Source: an uncultured Clostridia bacterium (GTDB taxonomy: Bacteria; Bacillota; Clostridia; Christensenellales; Borkfalkiaceae). From it: a stretch of 64,000 bases of DNA. Positions 27,278 to 37,131 of this stretch are shown here, in pieces. The position numbers and the translations under genes are program-made. The notes below the pieces were generated by a model. It did no database searches. It saw nothing but the letters and a program-made list of their open reading frames with translations, and had not been told where the DNA came from. The stretch's first letter is position 1. Every line of letters begins with the position of its first letter. Location of the stretch: NCBI GenBank assembly GCA_944376335.1, contig CALWCH010000003.1, forward strand, positions 55,781 to 119,780, read 5' to 3'.

Positions 27278-28405
27278 TTAACTCCTTGCGGTGCGGGCAT
27301 AAAGCTCCCTCGCCGCCCCGTTTGCGGCGTCTGCCGCCGCCAAGATGTCGCCTTCCGTCGTTTGGGGAGAAAAGCTGAACCGGAGCACGCCGTTTATATA
27401 CTCCTTCCCCACCCCGCACGCGGTGATGACGCGGCTTGTAGGGTGCTTGCTCGAACACGCACTGCCCGTTCCCACGAGCACGCCTCTCTCCGACAAGAGC
27501 CGCTGCAAAATTTCGCCGCGCAAATTCTTTGCCGCCACGGTGAGGATATACGGCGTACCGTCCTCGGGGGAAATGCGGGCGAAAATGTCCTTTTCGAGCA
27601 GCGAAAACAGCTTCTCGCGGTACCCCTTCAGGCGGGTGAAGTCGGCGTCTATTGAAGCAAACTTTTTCTTAGCCGCCGCCGCGAACAGCATGATGCCGAA
27701 CACGTTCTCGGTGCCGCTTCTCAGTCCCCCCTCCTGCCCGCCGCCGAAGATGTAGGGCGCAAGAGCGAGCGTTTTGCGCTTAATAAGCGCCCCCGTACCC
27801 TTTGCGCCGCCTATTTTATGAGCGCTGACCGAATAGAGGTCAATGTCGTTCGTCAAGCGAAACGGGAGCTTTCCGAACGCCTGTACGCCGTCGCTGTGAA
27901 AGATACAGCGCGGGTTTTTCGCCTTCACCGCCCTTGCGATTGAGGCAATGTCATTCACGGCGCCCGTCTCGTTGTTGACGTGCACGACGGAGACGAGCGT
28001 CGTCTTCTCATCGACAAGCGTGAGGAGCGCATCGATATCCACGCTGCCGTCCTTATGAAGGGGCGCAAAGCGGGGCTCGACATTTCTGTTCTTGAGCTCG
28101 GTAAAGCTCTGAAAGACCGCCGCATGCTCCCCCGCCGTCGTCACGGCATTGCCGCGGCGGGCAGAGGCAAAGATGGCGTGGTCGTCCGCCTCCGAGCCAC
28201 AGGACGTGAACACAAGCTCAAGTTTCGCACCGTCTCCCAAATACGACAGGAGCGAGGCGCGCGCACGGCGAAGTTCCCCCTGCACGGCAACCCCTCCGCT
28301 GTAGAGGGCAGAGGGGTTGAAAAACTGTTCATGGAGATAAGGCAGAGCCGCCTCTACCGCCTCCGCGTCGGGGCGGGTGGTGGCTGCATTGTCAAGATAG
28401 ATCAT
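27278..28405 (-). CDS. Cysteine desulfurase (NifS/IscS family, PLP-dependent)
   Basis: 375 aa. MIYLDNAATTRPD N-terminus and SAHKIGGAKGTGAL PLP-lysine motif. Immediately upstream of thiI. Confidence 0.9.
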   Translation of the reverse strand: MIYLDNAATTRPDAEAVEAALPYLHEQFFNPSALYSGGVAVQGELRRARASLLSYLGDGAKLELVFTSCGSEADDHAIFASARRGNAVTTAGEHAAVFQSFTELKNRNVEPRFAPLHKDGSVDIDALLTLVDEKTTLVSVVHVNNETGAVNDIASIARAVKAKNPRCIFHSDGVQAFGKLPFRLTNDIDLYSVSAHKIGGAKGTGALIKRKTLALAPYIFGGGQEGGLRSGTENVFGIMLFAAAAKKKFASIDADFTRLKGYREKLFSLLEKDIFARISPEDGTPYILTVAAKNLRGEILQRLLSERGVLVGTGSACSSKHPTSRVITACGVGKEYINGVLRFSFSPQTTEGDILAAADAANGAARELYARTARS

Positions 28406-28406
28406 C

Positions 28407-29012
28407 TCAGTTGGGTTCGTACTTGCTTCTCCCCGCGGCGCGCACGAGGTATTCCAAAATTTCCCTTCTTGCCTCGATGATGACGAGCACCTTCTCCGTC
28501 GTCGAGGAATACAGGATATAGAAGAACTCCTTCCCCTTTGCGGGCTCGTCGTTGGGGGTCATCACCAGGATGTGCTTTTTGTCGATGCCCGCCTCGGTGC
28601 GCTTGTAGGAATCTTTAGCAACGCTCCCGATCTTGAGCATCTGGTCGCACTTGAGCGTTTTAAGGTGCTTGCGCTTCCTGCCGTTAAAGACCTTGGAGAT
28701 GCGCAGCTCGTCCTCGACGAAGTGATAGTCATAGCTCACGTTATACCGCTTCTTGAAGATGAGCAGGAACACGCCGAGGAGGATGAAGAGCATGGGAAAG
28801 CTCGCCCAGAAGAGCACGTTGAAGATCTTGCCGATCGTGTCGAGCTCGTCATCTCCGAGGATATTGAACGCAACGGGAGAGAGAATGAAGATATAGAGAA
28901 GGGAGAGTGCGATACAAATAATCCCTGCGATGGTGAAGCCCTTGTTGAACCTCTCCTCCTTCATCGCATTCTGCGGGACCGCGCTCTCCTCATAGAGCAT
29001 ATCGCGGATCAT
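28407..29012 (-). CDS. Small membrane protein (two TM helices plus soluble beta-rich C-domain), unknown function
   Basis: Trimmed to ATG 29010-29012 (ATGA overlap with carB-dapF stop), 201 aa. TM segments FTIAGIICIALSLLYIFILSPVAF and FWASFPMLFILLGVFLLIF. Lys-rich and visibly less GC-rich than neighbours. Confidence 0.6.
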   Translation of the reverse strand: MIRDMLYEESAVPQNAMKEERFNKGFTIAGIICIALSLLYIFILSPVAFNILGDDELDTIGKIFNVLFWASFPMLFILLGVFLLIFKKRYNVSYDYHFVEDELRISKVFNGRKRKHLKTLKCDQMLKIGSVAKDSYKRTEAGIDKKHILVMTPNDEPAKGKEFFYILYSSTTEKVLVIIEARREILEYLVRAAGRSKYEPN

Positions 29013-32000
29013 CAGAACGCCACCGTCCCTTCGTAGATTTTCTGCACGCCGCCCGTTAAGATGACGTGCCCGTTGGAGCAATACCTTGCGATGAGGTCGC
29101 CGCCGCGGAGCTTCACCGTGATGTCGGTATCCTTTTTGCAGTATCCCTTGAGCACGCACGCGACTGCCGCCGCCGCTGCGCCCGTGCCGCACGCCCACGT
29201 CTCACCGTTGCCGCGCTCCCACACGCGCATCTTGATGGTGTACTCATTGACGACGCGGATAAACTCCACATTCGTCTTGTTGGGGAAGTACTTGCTGTTC
29301 TCGATCTTGGGGCCGATGACGGAGACGGGCACGTCGTCCACCTTCTTGGAGAAGATGACGCAGTGCGGGTTGCCCATGCTCACCAGCGTGACGGGGTAAA
29401 CTTCGCCGTCGATCTCCATGGGCTGGTCGATGACCGTCTCCCCTTCCCACACGGAGGGGATCTTCTTGCCCGAAAGCTCTGCGACGCCCAGATCGACGCT
29501 CGCCGAAGTGACCACGCCGCCGAAGGAGAACACCGTAACGTCCTTGACGCCGCTGTTCGTCTCGATCTTCATATTGTCGCCCTTGACCATGCCCTTCTCG
29601 TGCAGGTACTTGGCAACGCAGCGGATCGCATTGCCCGCGATCATGCCCTCCGAGCCGTCCTGGTTGAAGATGCGCATCTTGGCGTCCGCGACGTCCGACT
29701 TCTCGATGAGCACGATGCCGTCGCCGCCAATGCCGTAGTGACGGCTGACAAAGTTGATGGCGAGCGATTCGGGGCAGGTGATCTGCCCGTCCATGTTCTC
29801 GAAGTAGATATAGTCGTTGCCGCACGACTGCATCTTCACAAAGTGCAGGTGCATCTTCTCGGTGCGCAGGCGGTTGATGTCGACAAGCTCGGTATTGTAC
29901 TCCGTGAACTTGCTCGCGATGATGTCACAGAGCGCGTTGGCGGTGTCGAGCGAGGTGAGCACCGTAATGCCCAAGAGAATGGCATGGTGGTGCAGCTCGA
30001 TGTAGTCTGCAATGGAATCGACGTCCGTCTTGCCCGTGTAGATCACATAGTCGATCTTGCCCTCGTCCATGAGCTTCGAGACCTGCTTGGTCGCCTTCAG
30101 GCGGTCGACGACGGTGACGTCGATGCCCAAATCGGAGATGACCTTCGCCGTGCCCGCCGTTGCATACAGCGTGCAGCCGAGATCTGCAAACTTCTTGGCG
30201 ATGGAGACGATCTCAAACTTGTCCTGATCATTGACGGTAAAGTACACACCCACCGGCCTGTCGTGCGTGGGGTGGCACATCTTGAAGCCCGCCGAAACGA
30301 GCCCCTTGAAGAGCGCCTCGTCGATGGTCTTGCCGATGCCGAGGACTTCGCCCGTCGACTTCATTTCGGGGCCGAGCTGCGAGTTGACGTCGTTGAGCTT
30401 CTCAAAGCTGAAGACAGGCACCTTGACGGCGACGTAGGGCGACGCGGGATAGAGCCCCGTGCCGTAGCCCAGATCTTTGAGCTTGGAGCCCACCATGATC
30501 TTGGTGGCGAGCTCCACCATGGGCACGCCCGTCACCTTGGAGATATAGGGAATGGTACGCGACGCGCGGGGGTTGACCTCGATGACATACAATTTATTAT
30601 TGTAGATGAGGTACTGGATGTTGATGAGACCCTTGGTCTTGAGGGAGATGGCAAGCTCCGTCGAGATATCGACGACCGTCTTTAACATCGCATCGCTTAA
30701 GTGATACGGGGGATAGACGGCAATGGAGTCGCCCGAGTGCACGCCCGCGCGCTCGATGTGCTGCATGATGCCGGGGATGAGCACGTCCACGCCGTCGGAG
30801 ATGGCGTCCACTTCGAGCTCGGTGCCCATGAGGTACTTATCGCAGAGCACGGGGTTTTCGATGTGCTGGGCGAGGATGACGTCCATATAGCGGGAGATGT
30901 CGTTCTCCGTAAAGGCAATGGTCATGTTCTGCCCGCCGATGACGTACGAAGGGCGCAGCAGCACAGGGTAGCCGAGCGTCTCCGCGGCTTTTATCGCCTC
31001 CTCTTTCGTCATGACGGTGAGCCCCTTGGGGCGTGCGATGTCGAACTGTTCGAGAAGCTCATCGAAGCGCTCCCTGTCCTCCGCCCTGTCGACGCTGTCC
31101 GCGCTCGTGCCGAGGATGGGCACGCCCGTCTTGTCGAGATAGGAGCAGAGTTTGATGGCGGTCTGCCCGCCGAAGGTGATGACGACGCCGTACGGCTTTT
31201 CCACGTCGATGACGTTCTGCACGTCCTCGGGCGTGAGGGGTTCGAAGTACAATCTATCTGCCGTGTCGAAGTCAGTGGAGACCGTCTCGGGGTTGTTGTT
31301 GACGATGACGACCTCGTAGCCGAGCTCCTTCAGTGTCCACACGCAGTGGACGGAGGAATAGTCAAACTCGATGCCCTGCCCGATGCGGATGGGGCCCGAA
31401 CCGATGACGATGATGCGCTTTTTCTCGCTCTTGTCGACAAAGGGCTGCGCCTCGTCGTGGGAGAGGTCGTCGTACGTCGAATAGAAGTAGGGCGTCTCTG
31501 CGGCGAACTCGGCGGCGCAGGTATCGACCATCTTGAAGCAGGCGCGACGGTGCATGGGAAGCTTTTGCCCGCTGTACTTTTCGAGCACCTTATCAGGGTA
31601 CCCGAGGCGCTTTCCTTCCAAATATTCCCCTTCCGTGAGAGCTTTGCCCGTCACGCTGCGCTCAAAGTCGACCAAATTCAAGAGCTTAAAGAGGAACCAG
31701 CGGTCGATCTTGGTGATATCGAAAATTTCATCGGGGGTGATGCCGCACTTCAATGCCGCGAACACCGCAAAGAGGCGCTCGTCCGTCGTCTTATGCAGCT
31801 CGTTTAAAAGCTCGTCGCTGCTCATTGCCATGAACTTGGGGTGGTTTAGATCGGAGAGCGAAATTTCCGCGCCGCGCACCGCCTTCATGATGGCCTGCTC
31901 GAAGGAGGTGCCGATGGCCATGACTTCGCCCGTCGCCTTCATGCGGGAGCCCAGCTCGCGCTTGGCATAGAGGAACTTATCGAAGGGCCACTTGGGAAGC

Positions 32001-33067
32001 TTGACGACGACATAGTCGATGGTCGGCTCGAAGCAGGCATACGTCTTGCCCGTGACGTCGTTTCTGATCTCGTCGAGGGTATAGCCGAGGGCAATTTTCG
32101 TCGTCACTTTCGCAATGGGATAGCCCGTCGCCTTGGAGGCGAGCGCCGAGGAACGCGACACACGCGGGTTGACCTCGATGACGGCATATTCAAAGCTGTC
32201 GGGGTGCAGCGCAAACTGGCAGTTGCAGCCGCCCTCGATGCCGAGCTCGGTGATAATTTCCAGCGCCGCGGTGCGGAGCATCTGATAGTCCTTGTCGGAG
32301 AGCGTCAAAGCGGGCGCGACGACGATGGAGTCGCCCGTGTGCACGCCGACGGGGTCGAAGTTCTCCATCGAGCAGACGGTGAGCACATTGCCCGCGCTGT
32401 CGCGTAAGACTTCGAACTCGATCTCCTTCCAGCCGCCGATGTACTTTTCAATGAGCACCTGCGTGATGGGCGAGAGCATGAGCCCGTTGTGGGAGATGAG
32501 GCGCAGCTCGTCCTCGTCATGCGCGACGCCGCCGCCCGCGCCGCCCAGCGTGAAGGCAGGGCGCACGATGACGGGATAGCCGAGTTTCTCTGCAATCTTT
32601 ACGCACTCGTCCACCGTATAGGCGATGTCGGAAGGAACGACGGGCTGATGGATCTTCTCCATCGTCTCCTTGAAGAGCTCCCGATCCTCCGCCCTGTCGA
32701 TGGCGTCCAATTTGGTGCCGATGAGCTTGACGCCCCACTCGTCCAAAAAGCCCGACTTCGCGAGCTTGCAGCCCATCGTAAGGCCGGTCTGCCCGCCGAG
32801 CGAGGCAAGCAGGGAGTCGGGACGCTCTTTGATGATGATGCGCTTTAAGCTGTCCTCGGTGAGGGGCTCGAGGTAGATCTCATCCGCGAGCATCTTGTCC
32901 GTCATGATGGTCGCGGGGTTGGAATTGCAGAGGACGACGTTGACGCCCGCATCCTTCAGAACGCGGCACGCCTGCGCGCCCGCATAGTCGAACTCCGCCG
33001 CCTGACCGATGACGATGGGGCCGGAGCCGATGACAAGTACCTTTTTGATGTCGCTTCTCTTAGGCAT
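29012..33067 (-). CDS. carB: Carbamoyl-phosphate synthase large subunit fused in frame to diaminopimelate epimerase
   Basis: 1351 aa. The first ~1070 aa are CarB: MPKRSDIKKVLVIGSGPIVIGQAAEFDYAG, a second ATP-grasp (KRIIVIGSGPIRIGQGIEFDY) and an MGS-like end. Residues from MHLHFVKMQSCGNDYIYFEN (ATG 29852-29854) to the stop form a full DapF with both Cys contexts (GNAIRCVAKY, ETWACGTGAAAAAV). Confidence 0.9.
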   Translation of the reverse strand: MPKRSDIKKVLVIGSGPIVIGQAAEFDYAGAQACRVLKDAGVNVVLCNSNPATIMTDKMLADEIYLEPLTEDSLKRIIIKERPDSLLASLGGQTGLTMGCKLAKSGFLDEWGVKLIGTKLDAIDRAEDRELFKETMEKIHQPVVPSDIAYTVDECVKIAEKLGYPVIVRPAFTLGGAGGGVAHDEDELRLISHNGLMLSPITQVLIEKYIGGWKEIEFEVLRDSAGNVLTVCSMENFDPVGVHTGDSIVVAPALTLSDKDYQMLRTAALEIITELGIEGGCNCQFALHPDSFEYAVIEVNPRVSRSSALASKATGYPIAKVTTKIALGYTLDEIRNDVTGKTYACFEPTIDYVVVKLPKWPFDKFLYAKRELGSRMKATGEVMAIGTSFEQAIMKAVRGAEISLSDLNHPKFMAMSSDELLNELHKTTDERLFAVFAALKCGITPDEIFDITKIDRWFLFKLLNLVDFERSVTGKALTEGEYLEGKRLGYPDKVLEKYSGQKLPMHRRACFKMVDTCAAEFAAETPYFYSTYDDLSHDEAQPFVDKSEKKRIIVIGSGPIRIGQGIEFDYSSVHCVWTLKELGYEVVIVNNNPETVSTDFDTADRLYFEPLTPEDVQNVIDVEKPYGVVITFGGQTAIKLCSYLDKTGVPILGTSADSVDRAEDRERFDELLEQFDIARPKGLTVMTKEEAIKAAETLGYPVLLRPSYVIGGQNMTIAFTENDISRYMDVILAQHIENPVLCDKYLMGTELEVDAISDGVDVLIPGIMQHIERAGVHSGDSIAVYPPYHLSDAMLKTVVDISTELAISLKTKGLINIQYLIYNNKLYVIEVNPRASRTIPYISKVTGVPMVELATKIMVGSKLKDLGYGTGLYPASPYVAVKVPVFSFEKLNDVNSQLGPEMKSTGEVLGIGKTIDEALFKGLVSAGFKMCHPTHDRPVGVYFTVNDQDKFEIVSIAKKFADLGCTLYATAGTAKVISDLGIDVTVVDRLKATKQVSKLMDEGKIDYVIYTGKTDVDSIADYIELHHHAILLGITVLTSLDTANALCDIIASKFTEYNTELVDINRLRTEKMHLHFVKMQSCGNDYIYFENMDGQITCPESLAINFVSRHYGIGGDGIVLIEKSDVADAKMRIFNQDGSEGMIAGNAIRCVAKYLHEKGMVKGDNMKIETNSGVKDVTVFSFGGVVTSASVDLGVAELSGKKIPSVWEGETVIDQPMEIDGEVYPVTLVSMGNPHCVIFSKKVDDVPVSVIGPKIENSKYFPNKTNVEFIRVVNEYTIKMRVWERGNGETWACGTGAAAAAVACVLKGYCKKDTDITVKLRGGDLIARYCSNGHVILTGGVQKIYEGTVAF

Positions 33068-34133
33068 TTTTCGCCTCCTTGTTCATTTCGGCGAGGAACT
33101 CGTCGAAGAGGTAATTGGCGTCGTGCGGGCCGCCGCACGCTTCGGGGTGGAACTGCACGGTGAACGCGCGCATCTTGGGATAGTTGACGCCCTCGCAGGT
33201 ATTGTCGTTGGCGTTGACGAAGGTCACCTCCCCCACGCCCTTCAAAGATTCGGAGACGACTTCATACCCGTGATTCTGCGAGGAGATGAACACCTTGCCC
33301 GTCGCGACCTGCTTAACAGGCTGATTTGCCCCGCGGTGGCCGTACTTCATCTTGCGGGTCTCGCCGCCCATCGCAAGGGCGAAGAGCTGATGCCCGAGGC
33401 AGATGCCGAACACGGGGAGTTTGCCCGCGAACTTTTTGATCTCTTCAATGATCCCCGTATTCTCGGCGGGGTCGCCGGGGCCGTTGGCAAGCATGATGCC
33501 GTCGGGGTTCAGGCTGAGCGCCTCTTCGGCCGTCGTGTAGGCGGGCACCTCGATGACGTGGCAGCCGCGCTTTATAAGCTCCTTGACGATGTTGCCCTTG
33601 GCGCCGAAGTCGTATAAGACGACGCGCTTGCCGTCCTCGGGCCCGCTCTCGCGCCGCTCGCCGCCCGTCACAGCCTTCACCGCATTTTGCACGCGGTAGC
33701 CCTTCAGAACGGAAATATCCTTTAAGGGTTCAAAGGTGATGGCAGCCGGCATGACGCCCGCCTCTCTCACGATTTTCGTGAGCTCACGCGTATCCACGCC
33801 GTAGACGGCGGGAATGTTCTGCACCTTCAAAAAGTCCTCGAGCGTGCCCTTGCAGCGGAAGTTGGAGGGATGGTCGCACTTCTCGCGCACGATGTACCCC
33901 GTGAGCCAGCACCTGCCGCTCTCAGTATCCTCGGGGATCATGCCGTAGTTTCCGATGAGGGGGAAGGTCTGTGTGACGATCTGGCCGTAGTAGCTCGGGT
34001 CGGTGAGCGTCTCGATGTAGCCCGTCATGCCCGTCGTAAAGACGAGCTCGCCCACGACTTCTTTTTCCGCGCCGAAGGAGTATCCTTCGAACACCTTGCC
34101 GTTTTCCAGCGTGACATAAACTTTCTTATCCAT
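33060..34133 (-). CDS. carA: Carbamoyl-phosphate synthase small (glutaminase) subunit
   Basis: Trimmed to ATG 34131-34133 (GAGGGAGGAA RBS), 357 aa. N-terminus MDKKVYVTLENGKVFEGYSFG...TGMTGYIETLTDPSY. Catalytic GICLGHQ. 8-nt overlap with carB start. Confidence 0.93.
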   Translation of the reverse strand: MDKKVYVTLENGKVFEGYSFGAEKEVVGELVFTTGMTGYIETLTDPSYYGQIVTQTFPLIGNYGMIPEDTESGRCWLTGYIVREKCDHPSNFRCKGTLEDFLKVQNIPAVYGVDTRELTKIVREAGVMPAAITFEPLKDISVLKGYRVQNAVKAVTGGERRESGPEDGKRVVLYDFGAKGNIVKELIKRGCHVIEVPAYTTAEEALSLNPDGIMLANGPGDPAENTGIIEEIKKFAGKLPVFGICLGHQLFALAMGGETRKMKYGHRGANQPVKQVATGKVFISSQNHGYEVVSESLKGVGEVTFVNANDNTCEGVNYPKMRAFTVQFHPEACGGPHDANYLFDEFLAEMNKEAKNA

Positions 34134-34144
34134 GCGTTCCTCCC

Positions 34145-35047
34145 TCATTTCATGAGTTTGCACATGACTGCCTTCTGTGCGTGCAGGCGGTTTTCTGCCT
34201 CGTCGAAGATCTCGTCCGCATGCGCCTCGAAGACGTCCGCCGTGATCTCTTCGCCCCTGTGCGCGGGCAGGCAGTGGAGCACCATCGCCCCGTCGTTTGC
34301 CGCCTTCATCACCTCGGCGTTCACCTGATAGCCCTTGAACGCCCTCTCGCGCTCGAGCTTCTCCCCTTCCTGGCCCATCGACGCCCACACGTCGGTGTAG
34401 ATGACGTCCGCACCCATCGCGGCGTCCGCAACGCTCTCCGTCATCATGAACTCGCCGTTCTCGCGCGCCCATTTCACAAGCTCTGCGTCGGGCTCATACC
34501 CCTTGGGGCAGGCGATGGAGAACGCCATGCCCGTCTTGACGGCGCCCACCATCAAAGAGTTTGCCATGTTGTTTCCGTCGCCCACAAAGCACATCTTGAG
34601 GCCCTTGAAGGAGCCCTTGCGCTCGCGGATGGTCATAAGGTCGGCCAAAACCTGGCAGGGGTGGCAGTAGTCGGTGAGGCCGTTGATGACGGGAATCGTG
34701 CCGTACTTTGCAAAGTCCTCCACCTCTTTCTGCTCGAAGGTCCTGATCATCACGCCGTCGAGATAGCGAGAAAGCACACGCGCAGTATCTTCGACGGGCT
34801 CACCGCGGCCGATCTGCAGATCGTGGTTGGAGAGGAACAGCCCGTAGCCGCCCAGCTCGTAGATGCCCGTCTCGAACGAAACGCGGGTGCGCGTCGAGGA
34901 CTTCTGGAAGATCATGCCGAGCTTCTTGCCCTTTAGGTAGGGGCGGAAGATGCCGTTCTGGCGCTCATACTTGAGCTGGTCGGCAAGATTGAGGATGGAA
35001 AGGATCTCCTCGCGGGAAAGATCGCCGAGCTTTAGAAGATGTTTCAT
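34145..35047 (-). CDS. argF: Ornithine carbamoyltransferase
   Basis: Trimmed to ATG 35045-35047 (ATGA overlap with argD stop), 300 aa. Motifs SSTRTR, HPCQ, HCLPAHRGEE. Confidence 0.93.
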   Translation of the reverse strand: MKHLLKLGDLSREEILSILNLADQLKYERQNGIFRPYLKGKKLGMIFQKSSTRTRVSFETGIYELGGYGLFLSNHDLQIGRGEPVEDTARVLSRYLDGVMIRTFEQKEVEDFAKYGTIPVINGLTDYCHPCQVLADLMTIRERKGSFKGLKMCFVGDGNNMANSLMVGAVKTGMAFSIACPKGYEPDAELVKWARENGEFMMTESVADAAMGADVIYTDVWASMGQEGEKLERERAFKGYQVNAEVMKAANDGAMVLHCLPAHRGEEITADVFEAHADEIFDEAENRLHAQKAVMCKLMK

Positions 35048-36207
35048 TTGCGTAATACCTCTCGTAATATAGTCAGACCTTCGTCCATTTCCGTCTTGGT
35101 GATGTTGAGGGGGGGCACGATGCGCACCTTTTCGTGCGCCGTCAAAACCAAAAGCCCCTTCTCCAAACATTTCTTGGCAATTTCCTTACTTGAGCCGTCC
35201 ACTTCGAGCCCGATCATGAGCCCCAGCCCCGAGACGCGCTTGACGCCGTCAAACCCCTTGAGCTTTGCGCGCATATATTCGCTCTTGCCCTGCACCTCGA
35301 GTAGGAAGTCCTCGGTGAGGCGGGAGAGGATGCTCACCGCGCCCGCACAGCAGACGGGGTTGCCCCCGAACGTCGAGCCGTGGTCGCCGGGCTGCAGGGT
35401 GTGCTCGCACTTCTCAAAGAAGAGGCACGCGCCGATGGGAAGCCCGCCGCCGAGGCCCTTCGCGGTCGTCATGATGTCGGGCAAAATGCCGTAGTGCTCA
35501 TAGCCGTAAAGTTTCCCCGTGCGCCCGTTGCCGCACTGCACTTCGTCGCAGATGAGAAGGATATCCCTCTCCGTGCAGAACGCGCGAAGCGCCTGCACGA
35601 AGCCCGCATCCAGCGCCTCGACGCCGCTCTCGCCCTGCACGCACTCGATGAGCACCGCGCAGGCGTTCTCGGAAGCCGCCTTCACGGCACCGATGTTGGC
35701 GTCCACCGAGACGACCTCGGGCACGAACGGGCCGAAGTAGCGGTGCATGGCTTCCTGCCCCGTCGCGGTGAGCGTAAACAGCGTCCTGCCGTGAAAGCTC
35801 CCGTTTAAGGAGATAATTTTCTTTCTCCCCTCGCCGTATTTATCGAAGGAATATTTCCTTGCCGCCTTCATGGCGCATTCGTTTGCCTCCGCGCCCGAAT
35901 TGCCGAAAAAGACGCGCTTTGCCCCCGTGCGGAAGCAGAGAAGCTCTGCAAGTTCGAGCTGCGGCTCGGAATAGTAATAATTGCTCACATGCTGGATGCG
36001 GGAGAGCTGGTCACAAACGGCCGCCTTCCACTTCTCGTCGTTCGCGCCGAAGATGTTGACGGCGATGCCCGACCCGAAGTCGATATACGCCTTCCCCTCG
36101 CTGTCGCAGAGCGTCGCGCCCTCCCCCCGTTCGATGGCGACGGGGAAACGGGAGAACGTCTCCGCCATATACATCCTTTCCAAAGTATCGATGGTATGAA
36201 AATCCAT
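35044..36207 (-). CDS. argD: Acetylornithine aminotransferase
   Basis: 387 aa. Class III aminotransferase with LICDEVQCGNGRTGK and TTAKGLGGGLPIGA (PLP Lys). Arginine-cluster context. Confidence 0.9.
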   Translation of the reverse strand: MDFHTIDTLERMYMAETFSRFPVAIERGEGATLCDSEGKAYIDFGSGIAVNIFGANDEKWKAAVCDQLSRIQHVSNYYYSEPQLELAELLCFRTGAKRVFFGNSGAEANECAMKAARKYSFDKYGEGRKKIISLNGSFHGRTLFTLTATGQEAMHRYFGPFVPEVVSVDANIGAVKAASENACAVLIECVQGESGVEALDAGFVQALRAFCTERDILLICDEVQCGNGRTGKLYGYEHYGILPDIMTTAKGLGGGLPIGACLFFEKCEHTLQPGDHGSTFGGNPVCCAGAVSILSRLTEDFLLEVQGKSEYMRAKLKGFDGVKRVSGLGLMIGLEVDGSSKEIAKKCLEKGLLVLTAHEKVRIVPPLNITKTEMDEGLTILREVLRK

Positions 36208-36273
36208 AAGTTTCCGCCCGTTCGGGCGCGTTCCTCCCCTCAGTATTTTAGAAAAAGGCGATCGAACCCTTGT

Positions 36274-37131
36274 TCAGTCGCCCTTTACAAACATGGTGCC
36301 CATGCCCTCGTCCGAGAGCAATTCGAGCAAAATGGAATGTTTGACCCGTCCGTCTGTGATGAACACACGGTTGACGCCGCGGCGGATGGCCTCTTTGCAG
36401 CAGTTGATCTTGGGGATCATGCCCCCCGAGATGACCCCCTCGTTGATGAGGGAGGGAATGTCGGAGACGTACACTTTCTTGATGAGGGTATTGTCGTCCG
36501 CCTTGTCGCGAAGGAGCCCGCGAATGTCCGTCATGAGAATGAGGCTCTCCGCCCCCAAAGCCCCCGCAATGGCGGAAGCGGCGGTATCGGCATTGATGTT
36601 GTAGATATGCCCCTCTCTGTCGTAGCCAACCGTCGAGATGACGGGGAGATACCCGTTCTCCAGCGAATGGGTGATGACGCCCGTGTCCACGGAGACAATT
36701 TTGCCCACATAGCCGAGCGCTTCGCTCTCCTTTTCGCAAAGGAGCATGCCGCCGTCGATGCCGCACATCCCGACGGACTTGGCGCCCTGCATCTGCAGCC
36801 TGTGCACGAGGTCCTTATTCACCTTGCCTGCAAGCACCATGCGGACGACTTCCGCCGTCTCCTCATCGGTGTAGCGCAGCCCGCCCACGAAGCGGGACTC
36901 GACGCCCATTCTTTTGAGCGTCTCGGAAATTTCGGGGCCGCCGCCGTGCACGAGCACGACGTTGATGCCGACAAAGCGCAAGAGCGTCAAGTCCCGCATG
37001 ACCGACTTCTTGAGCTCCTCGCTGATCATTGCATTGCCGCCGTACTTGATGACGAGCACCTTATTCTGATATTTTTCGATGTAGGGCATCGCCTCCAAGA
37101 GGAACTCTGCCTGCTCTTCCTTTCCGATCAC
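36274..37131 (-). CDS. argB: Acetylglutamate kinase
   Basis: 285 aa. AEFLLEAMPYIEKYQNKVLVIKYGGNAM N-terminus and VLVHGGGPEI. GTG start at 37129-37131 overlapping argJ stop (GTGA). Confidence 0.93.
   Translation of the reverse strand: MIGKEEQAEFLLEAMPYIEKYQNKVLVIKYGGNAMISEELKKSVMRDLTLLRFVGINVVLVHGGGPEISETLKRMGVESRFVGGLRYTDEETAEVVRMVLAGKVNKDLVHRLQMQGAKSVGMCGIDGGMLLCEKESEALGYVGKIVSVDTGVITHSLENGYLPVISTVGYDREGHIYNINADTAASAIAGALGAESLILMTDIRGLLRDKADDNTLIKKVYVSDIPSLINEGVISGGMIPKINCCKEAIRRGVNRVFITDGRVKHSILLELLSDEGMGTMFVKGD

Noticed and set aside
33060-34472. Long N-terminal extensions in the ORF track (e.g. carA from 34472, argF from 35170, argG from 40707, cwlD from 42994, FtsX permease from 45167, LacI from 21320, PBP from 8220, the 834-aa protein from 55451).
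   Set aside because: The extensions are Arg/Gly-rich junk overlapping the upstream gene. Internal ATGs coincide with conserved family N-termini, SD sequences or ATGA coupling, so I trimmed the starts. The ORF track also counts GTG/TTG as starts.
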